From assembly GCA_020348985.1 (NCBI GenBank), contig CP070761.1, positions 56,449 to 97,922 of the forward strand: a stretch of 41,474 nt of DNA. The letters run 5' to 3'. Source of the stretch: Candidatus Thorarchaeota archaeon. GTDB taxonomy: Archaea; Asgardarchaeota; Thorarchaeia; Thorarchaeales; Thorarchaeaceae. Shown one piece after another: positions 1 through 8,825 of the stretch (positions are counted from its first letter, which is position 1; every line of letters begins with the position of its first letter). The position numbers and the translations under genes are program-made. The notes below the pieces were generated by a model. It searched no databases, was not told where the DNA came from, and worked only from the letters and a program-made list of their open reading frames with translations.

Positions 1-1
1 A

Positions 2-325
2 GCGACTCGTGAGATTGTGGTTCAAGTTAGTGAACCTGCGTCACTCACAAGCAACATTGTGATTACAGTGCAAAGCCCAACGCATTACCAGAGATTAACT
101 ACAACAGGCTCAGGAGAAGTAGTATTTGATTTGCCGGACTTGGTTGAAGCTGAGAACATGACTATTACACTCTCTGGAGACGGTTGTATCCCTCTTCAGG
201 TTGAAACCGAGATACCAGCTGGGTCTCGAAACATCGACTATGTGCTCATACTAGGTCCGATAGTCATTGCTGCACTTGTCGTTGTAATAGTGACTTGGTA
301 TAGACTAAGGGTAGCAGGAAAGTGA
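2..325 (+). CDS. C-terminal part of a membrane-anchored surface protein (5' truncated by the window)
   Basis: The frame is open from position 2 (ORF track starts at GTG 17). A beta-rich segment is followed by a hydrophobic helix (VLILGPIVIAALVVVIVTWY) and a short basic tail (RLRVAGK). Confidence 0.7.
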   Translation, partial: ATREIVVQVSEPASLTSNIVITVQSPTHYQRLTTTGSGEVVFDLPDLVEAENMTITLSGDGCIPLQVETEIPAGSRNIDYVLILGPIVIAALVVVIVTWYRLRVAGK

Positions 326-423
326 ATTGGCCCATTTGACCAGATTGAAAAGGGGAAAGACCGTCTTCTCATCAATCGCTTATTCTGCAAGATGAAGAGC
401 TAGGCTCGATAGAGGGTCTAATC

Positions 424-1389
424 ATGGTTGTATCAAATGTGGGAATTCCAGTTGTTGACTCTCATGCTCACTTTGTAACATTTGCCACCGTCAAGATGTG
501 GATGGAGACCTCTCAAGCAACAATGGAGCAAATGGAAAAGCGTGTCTCGAAGTTGACCGACATGGAACACTTCACGATACCTGACGAGGCATGGGACACT
601 GGTCAAATGTGGATTGATGAGATGGAGAAGTACGGCATTTCAGCCGTTGGCATGATGATAAACCGAGAATCGTGGGACGAGTTTAACGATGCCAGAAGGC
701 GCTTCCCAGGCCGCTTTCTTGGCTATGCCATGATTAACCCCGCTGACGATGACGCAGTTGACCAGGTAGAGAGGGCTGGAAGTGACGGATTCCAGGGAAT
801 CAAGCTCTACCCAAGCTCATGGGATTTCCATGCCTATGACAAGAGGGTTTATCCAATCTATGAAGAGGCACTAAGAAACAACCTACTTGTAATCGCTCAC
901 TTTGGAATAACCATCGGCTCACAAGCTAATCTTGTCTATGGCAACCCTCTAGATATCCAAAAACCAGCCCATGATTTCCCCGAATTGAACTTCATGATTG
1001 CACATTTCGGCGCAGGCTTCCTTCGAGAGGTACTGATGCTTATGTATCAAACAAACAACGTCCACATGGACACTAGCGGAAGTAATTCCTGGATGAAGTA
1101 CCTCCCGTATGATCTAACGATTACGAAAGTATTCGAGAAGACGCTTAAAGCAGGAGGGCCCTGTAGAGTTGTCTTTGGAACCGATTCCTCATTTTTCCCA
1201 AGAGGATTCAGATATAACATTCTCGAAGAGCAATATGGGGCAGTGAAGGCGCTCTGTCCCCAGCTTTGCTACTCAGAAGAAGATGTGGACAACATATTCC
1301 GTGGAAACATCCTCAGGCTGACTGGATTCAAGCCCGTCGACATGACTGGAGTAGAGGCTGAAAGCACTCTGAGCTGTGTAGACTACTAG
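424..1389 (+). CDS. Amidohydrolase-superfamily metal-dependent hydrolase (Amidohydro_2-like TIM barrel)
   Basis: N-terminal DSHAH (HxH), GIKLYP, two IAHFG histidines, MDTS and FGTD motifs occur in the expected order. Confidence 0.9.
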   Translation: MVVSNVGIPVVDSHAHFVTFATVKMWMETSQATMEQMEKRVSKLTDMEHFTIPDEAWDTGQMWIDEMEKYGISAVGMMINRESWDEFNDARRRFPGRFLGYAMINPADDDAVDQVERAGSDGFQGIKLYPSSWDFHAYDKRVYPIYEEALRNNLLVIAHFGITIGSQANLVYGNPLDIQKPAHDFPELNFMIAHFGAGFLREVLMLMYQTNNVHMDTSGSNSWMKYLPYDLTITKVFEKTLKAGGPCRVVFGTDSSFFPRGFRYNILEEQYGAVKALCPQLCYSEEDVDNIFRGNILRLTGFKPVDMTGVEAESTLSCVDY

Positions 1390-2651
1390 GCCTTGCGAAT
1401 CTTCTTCTCCAAACCTCGAAGGCGTTTGTTGTCCTCGCCCTCACGATACTTCTCTGCGGCTTCTTGATACTTGGCAAGTGCCTTACGCGATTGGCCAAGC
1501 TTGGCAAGTCCATCTCCCTCATTCTCGATCATCTTACCCCATTCGCCGTAGCACTCACGTACCTTCTCTGAGCACTTGGCCCTCTTTTTCTCCTCTGGAG
1601 TGAACATGAAGATCTCACGGGCCTTCCTAAATTGCACTATGGCCCATTCGAATTGATTTTCCTTTAGGTGCTGTTCTCCTTGGTCAAAATGAGACTGGGC
1701 CATTGTCGTATATCCTTGGTCGATCAGTTTTTCGGCATCTTGGATGGCTTTGGCATTTCCTGATTTTTCAAAGATCAGCTTGGCCTTCTCGAAAGATTCG
1801 ATGGCATCCTCATGTTCATTCTCCTTCATCTTGGCCATGCCATATTCCATTCTAGCACTGCCCATTGCGTCGTAGACGTAAGGTGGATACTCAAACTCGT
1901 CACCTGTAAGTGCGAACCCGCAGCTTGGACAGTTTGGCGACTTTAGTTCATGCATAGGAACGGCAACAGAAATCCTGGAAGGCTTCCCTACAACAGAATC
2001 GATGAAGTCCTTGGAAGTCTCTCCTCTTCCTGACGGAAACAGATGCGTCACAGCTTCTCGTGTCATCACGTCTGGTTCGTGGGGAAAGAGATGATCCATC
2101 ACCTCCGATGGTGCATCCGCAGCAACAGGAGGTTCAACTTCTTTGAAAGGCATGCCCTCTTTGATATCAGATTCGTCGATTTCTAGAGCGGCTTCTTCAT
2201 CCCACGCGAGAGCCTCTGGTTCAATCTCTCGCTCAGGAATCTCTGGCTGTGCTTCAGGAGCGACACTTGGTGAAACCTCATCCAGCGTTGATGGAGGAAG
2301 TGTAGCGTCAGCCTCTGGCTCGGCGGTCACACTCTCTTCCACATCCCATGTTAGCTCCTCTGGTGGTGGAAGTTCCGCCTCAGCTATTTCAGGCTCTGGC
2401 GCGGGAGCAGCCTTGCCACCAAGATCTGATTCATCGAAATCGGGAAGTACAGCTTCTTCCTCGAGGACTTCAGGCGCCTCAGGTTCTGGCTCTTCCACTA
2501 CCGCTGGTTCGGCTGGAGTTTTCTGCACGGGAGCAGCTGGAGGCGATTCTGCTGCAGTGCCTGGAGCTATTCTGGTCCCGCATTTCAAGCAGAAAGTTGA
2601 CCCTTTGGCCAAATGCGCATTACAGCCGGGACATATAACGTGTGTTGACAT
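1386..2651 (-). CDS. Zinc-ribbon + acidic disordered linker + TPR-like helical repeat protein
   Basis: N-terminal CPGC-x10-CLKC, a long E/P/A-rich region, a second CPSCG, then about three TPR-like units (e.g. EHEDAIESFEKAKLIF, QFEWAIVQFRKAREIF). ATG 2651 is preferred over TTG 2660. Confidence 0.75.
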   Translation of the reverse strand: MSTHVICPGCNAHLAKGSTFCLKCGTRIAPGTAAESPPAAPVQKTPAEPAVVEEPEPEAPEVLEEEAVLPDFDESDLGGKAAPAPEPEIAEAELPPPEELTWDVEESVTAEPEADATLPPSTLDEVSPSVAPEAQPEIPEREIEPEALAWDEEAALEIDESDIKEGMPFKEVEPPVAADAPSEVMDHLFPHEPDVMTREAVTHLFPSGRGETSKDFIDSVVGKPSRISVAVPMHELKSPNCPSCGFALTGDEFEYPPYVYDAMGSARMEYGMAKMKENEHEDAIESFEKAKLIFEKSGNAKAIQDAEKLIDQGYTTMAQSHFDQGEQHLKENQFEWAIVQFRKAREIFMFTPEEKKRAKCSEKVRECYGEWGKMIENEGDGLAKLGQSRKALAKYQEAAEKYREGEDNKRLRGLEKKIRKA

Positions 2652-2737
2652 GATATGCAACCGCTTTTTGTGTCGACTAGATCCGATTGTTGTGACTTAG
2701 TGTTCTGAGGTGTTTCATAAGGGTATCTTCGATGTTG

Positions 2738-3367
2738 TCATATGTAGAGCCAAAGGTACGTCAACCAGGTAATCAGAATTGCCAAGACTACTCCTCCAAC
2801 TGTTTGAAGCATCGTATGTTGTCTCAGCTCAGTCCTAGACCACACAACTGCAATCCACACCACGATTATCAGCAATGCCACTGGTCCGTAGACGTATATC
2901 AGCGCAGTTCCTGGCCCTCCCACCCCAGCGCCATGCACGGAGATCTTTGTCACTAGAGTTCCGATGAGAACACCAGAAGTGACAGTGAAGTATGCTGCCG
3001 CCAGTACCCTCATCACGTCACAAAGAGTCCACCAGTAGACGACATACGCAAGAGAGTAACACATCATTGCGAAAAGAAGGAATCTTGGCCGCATTCTCCG
3101 AGCTGATACGTCCAAGTCGATTTTGCCTCTCCAGGCAGAGAACATTATTGGCGCAACTGGCAGAATGACCATAAAGACTATGCAAATCAGAATGCTAGAG
3201 AAGCCATTCAGTACCGGACCCAACGACTTTGGCGGAAGAAAAGACATTATCAATCCTACATAGAGATTGATCAATGGTGCAGGCGTCAGGCGCGAAATGG
3301 CCCTGGCCAATGTCACTCTCGTCCCTTCAAGACCAAGAATCTCGTCGCTGAATCTCATGTGTTCCAT
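2738..3367 (-). CDS. PAP2-superfamily membrane phosphatase-like protein
   Basis: Multiple hydrophobic helices. KISVH and WSRTELRQHTMLQ resemble the PAP2 C2 (SxH) and C3 (SRxxxxxHxxxD/Q) motifs. Confidence 0.7.
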   Translation of the reverse strand: MEHMRFSDEILGLEGTRVTLARAISRLTPAPLINLYVGLIMSFLPPKSLGPVLNGFSSILICIVFMVILPVAPIMFSAWRGKIDLDVSARRMRPRFLLFAMMCYSLAYVVYWWTLCDVMRVLAAAYFTVTSGVLIGTLVTKISVHGAGVGGPGTALIYVYGPVALLIIVVWIAVVWSRTELRQHTMLQTVGGVVLAILITWLTYLWLYI

Positions 3368-3508
3368 TCAGAAGCTGCTCCTTAGTGATTTCCTGCTCAA
3401 ATCTATCGATGTTCGGGGTTCATTTTTCGGGCCAATAATGTCATGACAAAGCTTTTTTTCTGTCTTACCCTCTCCACGGGATACGGGACACACGACAGCA
3501 ATGGAAGT

Positions 3509-3823
3509 ATGCCAATGACCACCATGCCCAAACGCGAGATATTCGAGCAAATAATACAGCGAATCACGAGTCAATTCCCCAACGTATATGCCGCGCTTTT
3601 CATCAGCCCAGAAGGATTCCCCATCAACACATGGGGCCTTTCAATGGAGCGTGCTGAAGAGGTTGCTGCACTTCTGAGTTCTCTCATCGGGAAGACAAAG
3701 GAGGTCATCAAGCAGGTAAAAGAAGGAGGAAGCCTGCATTTCATACAGATTCAGACTGATATGGGCGGAATCAGAATAGCCCCACAAGAAGAATTCATTC
3801 TCGTGACATTGACAAAGACTTGA
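3509..3823 (+). CDS. Roadblock/LC7-domain protein
   Basis: About 100 aa with the pattern VYAALFISPEGFPI...EEVAALLSSL...LHFIQIQTDMGGIRIAP..EFILVTLT, typical of Roadblock/LC7. The start is uncertain (ATGs at 3443, 3509, 3515, 3524). Confidence 0.85.
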   Translation: MPMTTMPKREIFEQIIQRITSQFPNVYAALFISPEGFPINTWGLSMERAEEVAALLSSLIGKTKEVIKQVKEGGSLHFIQIQTDMGGIRIAPQEEFILVTLTKT

Positions 3824-3918
3824 GAGTGTCAGTAAGCACTATACTAACTGTGCAAGAGCTTGCTTTCTTAGCAAGACTAATCTATCTTAAGACAGCAGAT
3901 GCCGTTCGAGGCTGCGCG

Positions 3919-4848
3919 TTGTCAACAGAATCATTTAGCACCCAAGGATTCTCCAAGCTGTATGGTTCCACACTTGCACTTGACAATCTTACCGTAAGTG
4001 CTCCGCGTAGGGCGGTTGGACTTCTAGGTCCAAATGGTGCGGGCAAAACCACACTAATTCGAGCACTCCTTGGCATCATTAGTCATAACCAAGGCAATGG
4101 AACAGTACTTGGGCTTGATATCAAGGACTCAATTGATGAGATCAGAGACCGAGTTGGTTACTCACCTGAGTTTGCACCTTCAATCCCAAGTGTCAGTGCA
4201 ATGAAGTATGTGTCTTTCATGGGCAAGCTGTCTGGCTTGGGGGCCGTGGAGGCCGCCCAACGGGCACATGATACGCTTCACTATGTCGGCCTAGGAGAGG
4301 AGCGATATCGGAAGCTGCGAGAATTCAGCCAAGGGATGATGCAGAAGGCGAAGCTGGCAGCCGCGCTTGTTCATGATCCTGATTTGGTGATTCTCGACGA
4401 ACCAACTGATGGTTTGGATCCCGCGGGTCGTTCGCAGATGCTCGATTTGATTGAACGTCTTTACAAAGAAGAAGGAAAAAGCGTTGTTGTATCATCACAC
4501 CTTCTGTTTGATGTGGAACGTGTTTGCGATTGGGTTCTGGTGTTAGGACGGGGCAGGTTGATTATGTCAGGCGATATGAGTGAGATGCTTGATGACACCG
4601 ATGGCGTGCTGCGACTAAGAGTGGCAGGAAACCCGAAGAATCTCATTGAGAAACTCTCAGCCAGAGGCCTTGAGATAGAGCTGGATGATGGCAACATAGA
4701 CGTTTCAAGGACTGAGGGAGTTGAGATGATGGTTCTGGAAGAGGTTAATGCAGACCCGAATGTTAGCATTAGATATCTCGGCCGAAGAACAAGGACACTG
4801 GAAGATGTGTTCGTTTCCGTCGTCGAAGGGGAGAGTGATCTCGAATGA
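3919..4848 (+). CDS. ABC-2 type transporter ATP-binding subunit
   Basis: Walker A GPNGAGKT, signature-like FSQGMMQK, Walker B VILDEPT, H-loop SSH. TTG 3919 (after GAGG) is a more likely start than 3820. Confidence 0.93.
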   Translation: MSTESFSTQGFSKLYGSTLALDNLTVSAPRRAVGLLGPNGAGKTTLIRALLGIISHNQGNGTVLGLDIKDSIDEIRDRVGYSPEFAPSIPSVSAMKYVSFMGKLSGLGAVEAAQRAHDTLHYVGLGEERYRKLREFSQGMMQKAKLAAALVHDPDLVILDEPTDGLDPAGRSQMLDLIERLYKEEGKSVVVSSHLLFDVERVCDWVLVLGRGRLIMSGDMSEMLDDTDGVLRLRVAGNPKNLIEKLSARGLEIELDDGNIDVSRTEGVEMMVLEEVNADPNVSIRYLGRRTRTLEDVFVSVVEGESDLE

Positions 4849-5816
4849 CTGAAGACGCCTATGTTCGAAGGTTTGGTTTCAGAAGATACGAGGGTATTCG
4901 AAGTAATCGAATAAGCAGAATCATCTCAGTATCTTGGTTCAATCTTGGCGAGGCGATTCGTCGGTCGGGATTCACAAAGATGCTACTTGTCTTTATGATT
5001 ATTGGACTTCTAGTTCAGGATTTGCTTGCGATTCTTATCACTTCACTCGTTCCCAGTTCTATGTGGGGAGACATCACTGTCAACGAGATGTTTAGAGCAA
5101 CATATGCAGATTCTATTATCGGAATGATTTCTCTCACAAATCGAGTGTCTACCATGGATTCTGATATGGCCTTCCTGACTCAGTTCTTGACTATTGGCAG
5201 CAGCTTCATGTTTATCCTTCTTCTTGCTGTTGTAAGCGGGGGCTTGATTTCTGACGACAGGCTGTTTCAGGCAACTGAAGCATACTACTCGAGGATCTCC
5301 CGCTTTGAGTACGTTCTTGGCAAGCTTTTCACGCTCATCATCTTCTCCATGGTGTTTGTCTCTCTTCCTGCAGTTATGCAGTACTTCTTGCTTGCACAGG
5401 GACTCGAAGTCAACATGATAGCTAATCTAGATTTGCTATTGTGGGGCTTAGGAACTACGCTTCTCTCAAGTGTGGTTTTGAGCATAGTCACCCTAGCCTT
5501 CTCGAGTCTGACCAAGAGGAGGAATCTAGCCACACTCTCTTTCTTCATGGCAGCCATGATAATGTCTGCGCTCCCTGCAGCCTTTGGTCTGGTCTTTGCA
5601 ACTGAACCGACAACACTGATTATCGACTTCGTAGGCTGCATTGGACTTCTTGCGGCAATGTTTCTCGGGCGTTCTTCTGTGACAGTAAATGGACAGACAG
5701 TGCGTTTCTACAATGGCCTGGGACTAGAAGGGTACATGGTTGTCGCCACAGTGGCACTTCTCGTTTTTCTGGGCGTTCTGGCGCTAGTCCTGACGCTGTT
5801 CAGGAGGGATAGCTGA
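4845..5816 (+). CDS. ABC-2 type transporter permease
   Basis: About 6-7 TM helices and a SRISRFEYVLGK loop typical of ABC-2 permeases. ATGA overlap with the upstream ATPase. Confidence 0.85.
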   Translation: MTEDAYVRRFGFRRYEGIRSNRISRIISVSWFNLGEAIRRSGFTKMLLVFMIIGLLVQDLLAILITSLVPSSMWGDITVNEMFRATYADSIIGMISLTNRVSTMDSDMAFLTQFLTIGSSFMFILLLAVVSGGLISDDRLFQATEAYYSRISRFEYVLGKLFTLIIFSMVFVSLPAVMQYFLLAQGLEVNMIANLDLLLWGLGTTLLSSVVLSIVTLAFSSLTKRRNLATLSFFMAAMIMSALPAAFGLVFATEPTTLIIDFVGCIGLLAAMFLGRSSVTVNGQTVRFYNGLGLEGYMVVATVALLVFLGVLALVLTLFRRDS

Positions 5817-6766
5817 TGGTCATGGTCAAGATTAGTGAAGTATCGAAACGATACGGAGAGGTAGTGGCTCTAAGCAGATTCGATATGACTGTCAAGCGTG
5901 GATCCATTAGCGGATTTGTCGGGCCTAATGGTGCAGGGAAATCAACAACAATCCGAATAATAACAGGATTGGCCAAGCCCGACGGCGGGTCGGCATGGAT
6001 CTTTGGGAAGAATCCCTATGACAATAGGGAAGTGAAGGAAAGAATCGGATTCGTTTCTGAACACAACGACCTCTACTCCTGGGCGACAGTTTGGGAAACT
6101 GTCAAGATGTTTGCGAGGTTGATGAATCCCGAGAAGAAGGTTGTTGACGATCAAGTCAAAGAGGCAATTGGTTTGGTGGCTATGACCAAGTTTCGGGAGC
6201 GCAAGGTTTCAACGCTTTCGAAGGGAATGAGACAAAGAACGAAGATTGCCACAGCACTAGTCCACAGACCCGAGTTTCTTGTGCTTGATGAACCGTTAGG
6301 AGGTCTTGACCCGCTTGGCCGGAGAACCGTGATGAATCTGTTACGACGACTCAATAAGGAAGATGGCGTGTCTGTCCTAATCTCAAGCCACGTACTTGAG
6401 GAGCTAGAGGAGCTGGTCGATAGGGTGACTTTAATCCATCGTGGTCAGACGCTCGCAGAAGGCAGTCCAAAGAGAATACGGGGCTTGTTGTACCAGTACC
6501 CGCATGAGATTGTGTTCAAGGCTCAGAATGATCATGCCAGAGAGATTGCTAGTGGCCTTATCGAAATTGACGGTTTGGTTCGTGCGCTTCACGTGACAGA
6601 GTCCGAGAAAGAGCTGACGGAGTTCAGGGTTATGACACCCAAACCTGAGGAGTTCTATGACGAGCTTACCAAGATTGCTGTGAAAACGAAATCACCGATC
6701 TTGAGTCTTGATACAATATCAGAGAGTGTCGAGCGACTCTTCGAGTATCTCGTAACAGGAGTGTAG
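5816..6766 (+). CDS. ABC-2 type transporter ATP-binding subunit
   Basis: Walker A GPNGAGKS, LSKGMRQR signature, LVLDEP Walker B, SSH. Confidence 0.93.
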   Translation: MVMVKISEVSKRYGEVVALSRFDMTVKRGSISGFVGPNGAGKSTTIRIITGLAKPDGGSAWIFGKNPYDNREVKERIGFVSEHNDLYSWATVWETVKMFARLMNPEKKVVDDQVKEAIGLVAMTKFRERKVSTLSKGMRQRTKIATALVHRPEFLVLDEPLGGLDPLGRRTVMNLLRRLNKEDGVSVLISSHVLEELEELVDRVTLIHRGQTLAEGSPKRIRGLLYQYPHEIVFKAQNDHAREIASGLIEIDGLVRALHVTESEKELTEFRVMTPKPEEFYDELTKIAVKTKSPILSLDTISESVERLFEYLVTGV

Positions 6767-6768
6767 TA

Positions 6769-7572
6769 TTGATGGAGCAAGTTCAATTATCGGACGAGGC
6801 ATCAACAAGTGCATCATCGTCAGAAATAGCTAGTGCACTGAAAAGAGGCCTGATCATCCTCAGAGCTTTTCTTACGGGATTCGTGAGGGATAGAAAAAGC
6901 TGGGTGCTTGTGTTCTTGGGCATTCTGCCAGTGCTCTTTGCGGCCGGAGCGAATGTCATTCCAACGGTATCATACCCCGCCGGCCTATTCTATGTCGATT
7001 TTACTCGTTCCGTTTACGTTGCTTTGCTTATTCCACTCTATTCACTTCTCCTAGGAACTGCCGCCCTAAATGATGAGATTGAGTCACATACTATCATTCA
7101 GTTCGTAAGTCGCCCAATCAGAAGATTCGAGATTCTGATCTGGCGCTATATTGCAGCATGGATTGCAGGCATTTTTGTTGCGGTGGTAGTGACAGGTGTG
7201 TTCTTTGGGGTGGTCACAGCTAATGCCATAATTGGGCTGGATTTGCTATTTGGTACATGGGGGCTTTGTGCAATCACTGTGGCAGTCTACAGCTCGATTT
7301 TCATCATGCTCGGGATTGCTATCAAGCGTCCACTAATCTGGGGGGTTCTTGTTACCCTCTATGAGCAGCTCTTGGGAATTCTCTTTGTGTTTCTTGGTGG
7401 CGGACCATTCTCGCTATCAGGCCACATCGCCCATGTTGGCTCGACGATTCTGCCGTATTCCTTCACAATCCCAGACTGGGCACCGGTACACTCTGCAGTG
7501 CTGCTGGCTGCCATAGCGCTCAACTGCCTTTTGCTTGCCACAGTCATCTTCCACAATAAGGATCTTGACTGA
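6769..7572 (+). CDS. ABC-2 type transporter permease
   Basis: About 6 TM helices and an EIESHTI..FVSRPIRRFEILIWRY motif typical of ABC-2 permeases. Confidence 0.85.
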   Translation: MMEQVQLSDEASTSASSSEIASALKRGLIILRAFLTGFVRDRKSWVLVFLGILPVLFAAGANVIPTVSYPAGLFYVDFTRSVYVALLIPLYSLLLGTAALNDEIESHTIIQFVSRPIRRFEILIWRYIAAWIAGIFVAVVVTGVFFGVVTANAIIGLDLLFGTWGLCAITVAVYSSIFIMLGIAIKRPLIWGVLVTLYEQLLGILFVFLGGGPFSLSGHIAHVGSTILPYSFTIPDWAPVHSAVLLAAIALNCLLLATVIFHNKDLD

Positions 7573-7651
7573 GCTTGAATGAGCAGCAAGGAGACTCAAG
7601 TCGAAAGAAAATGACATAGAGACTACTCTCTCAGCTTCACCACTAGTGCCA

Positions 7652-7659
7652 TTTTTATA
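7652..7659 (+). promoter_or_regulatory. Possible TATA box of radA
   Basis: TTTTTATA in the intergenic gap, about 80 nt upstream of the proposed radA start. Confidence 0.4.
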
Positions 7660-7738
7660 CTGTCCCAAGTGACTAGTTGTTGGCCTGAGGCAAGGTTCCA
7701 GGATAGTCAGGGACCTGATCATTAGGGAGGTCTTCAAC

Positions 7739-8782
7739 ATTCCATCAAAGAAGGAAGATGTCGATTCGGAGGAATCCGACTACGAGGATTTTGAGAGCAC
7801 AGAAGAAGATGAAGGTATCATCGATGATGATGCGGCCTTGGAAGGTTTCGAGGTCACTGATTTGCCTGGTGTCGGCCCCGCAATAGGTAAACGGTTGGCA
7901 GAGGCAGGATACAAGAGCGTGGAGGCGATTGCTGTTGCTTCACCAGGTGAGCTGGCAGCTGCCGGTTCTATTGGCGAAACCACAGCAACGAAAATCATCA
8001 AGGCAGCAAGAGAAATGCTTGACATTGGTTTTGAGACTGCAGACCTGCTTCTCGAGAGAAGAAGGACTGCAGGAAGGATTACCACTTCATCGCGTGCTCT
8101 TGACGAGTTGTTTGGAGGAGGAATTGAGACTCAAGGCATAACCGAGATGTACGGATCGTTCAGATCAGGGAAGACGCAGATGGCACATCAGCTGGCGGTG
8201 AATATCCAATTGCCTTCAGGGCAAGGGGGTCTCGATGCAACGGCAATATACGTCGACACAGAGGGAACATTCAGACCGGAAAGGCTCGTTGATATGGCCG
8301 AAGCCTTTGGGCTCGATCCTGCAAAGGTACTCAAGAATGTCGTATGGGCAAGAGCGTACAATTCAGACCATCAGATTCTCCTTTGCGACCAAGCTATGGA
8401 GATGGCTTCCGAAAAGAATGCCAAGCTGCTTGTAGTGGACTCGGTCACTAGTCACTTTCGAGCAGAATACACTGGCAGGGGAACATTGGCTGCTAGACAA
8501 CAGAAGCTGAACAAGCACCTTCATCATCTACAAAGAGGTGCAGAGATTAACAACATGGCTGTCTACATAACTAATCAGGTCATGTCCCGACCAGATGCTT
8601 TCTTTGGTGATCCAACTGCCCCTGTTGGAGGTCATGTTCTCGCGCACGTGCCGCAGACCAGGTGTTACCTAAGGAAGTCTAAGGGTGAAAGACGGATATG
8701 CAGACTTGTCGACTCGCCAAACTTGCCGGAAGGTGAGGCCGTCTTCACTGTGACCAAGGCAGGTATTCGCGACGTAGAGTAG
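7739..8782 (+). CDS. radA: DNA repair and recombination protein RadA
   Basis: N-terminal HhH (DLPGVGP), FxxA motif (GFETA), Walker [50 protein letters not shown]. No intein. The ORF track starts at TTG 7838, but the frame is open upstream and an ATT at 7739 follows GGGAGG. Confidence 0.97.
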   Translation: MPSKKEDVDSEESDYEDFESTEEDEGIIDDDAALEGFEVTDLPGVGPAIGKRLAEAGYKSVEAIAVASPGELAAAGSIGETTATKIIKAAREMLDIGFETADLLLERRRTAGRITTSSRALDELFGGGIETQGITEMYGSFRSGKTQMAHQLAVNIQLPSGQGGLDATAIYVDTEGTFRPERLVDMAEAFGLDPAKVLKNVVWARAYNSDHQILLCDQAMEMASEKNAKLLVVDSVTSHFRAEYTGRGTLAARQQKLNKHLHHLQRGAEINNMAVYITNQVMSRPDAFFGDPTAPVGGHVLAHVPQTRCYLRKSKGERRICRLVDSPNLPEGEAVFTVTKAGIRDVE

Positions 8783-8791
8783 AGTTCATCT

Positions 8792-8818
8792 TGTGGCGGT
8801 CTCACGGTGTCCACCACA
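8792..8818. terminator. Hairpin between convergent radA and the geranylgeranyl reductase gene
   Basis: On the minus strand, UGUGGUGG pairs with CCGCCACA (8 bp including one G-U) in the 43-nt gap between two stop codons. Confidence 0.35.
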
Positions 8819-8825
8819 TCTCATT

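Noticed and set aside
2143-2700. 185-aa Ser/Gly/Ala-rich plus-strand ORF
   Set aside because: It is an antisense shadow of the Glu/Pro/Ala-rich linker of the minus-strand gene. The same applies to 11761-12123 and most short ORFs nested in long genes.
3919-7572. Double ABC-2 ATPase/permease cluster as a novel system
   Set aside because: This four-gene arrangement is common in prokaryotes, and there is no substrate clue.
7838-8782. Possible intein in radA
   Set aside because: The sequence is colinear with RadA at ~314 aa, with no insertion.
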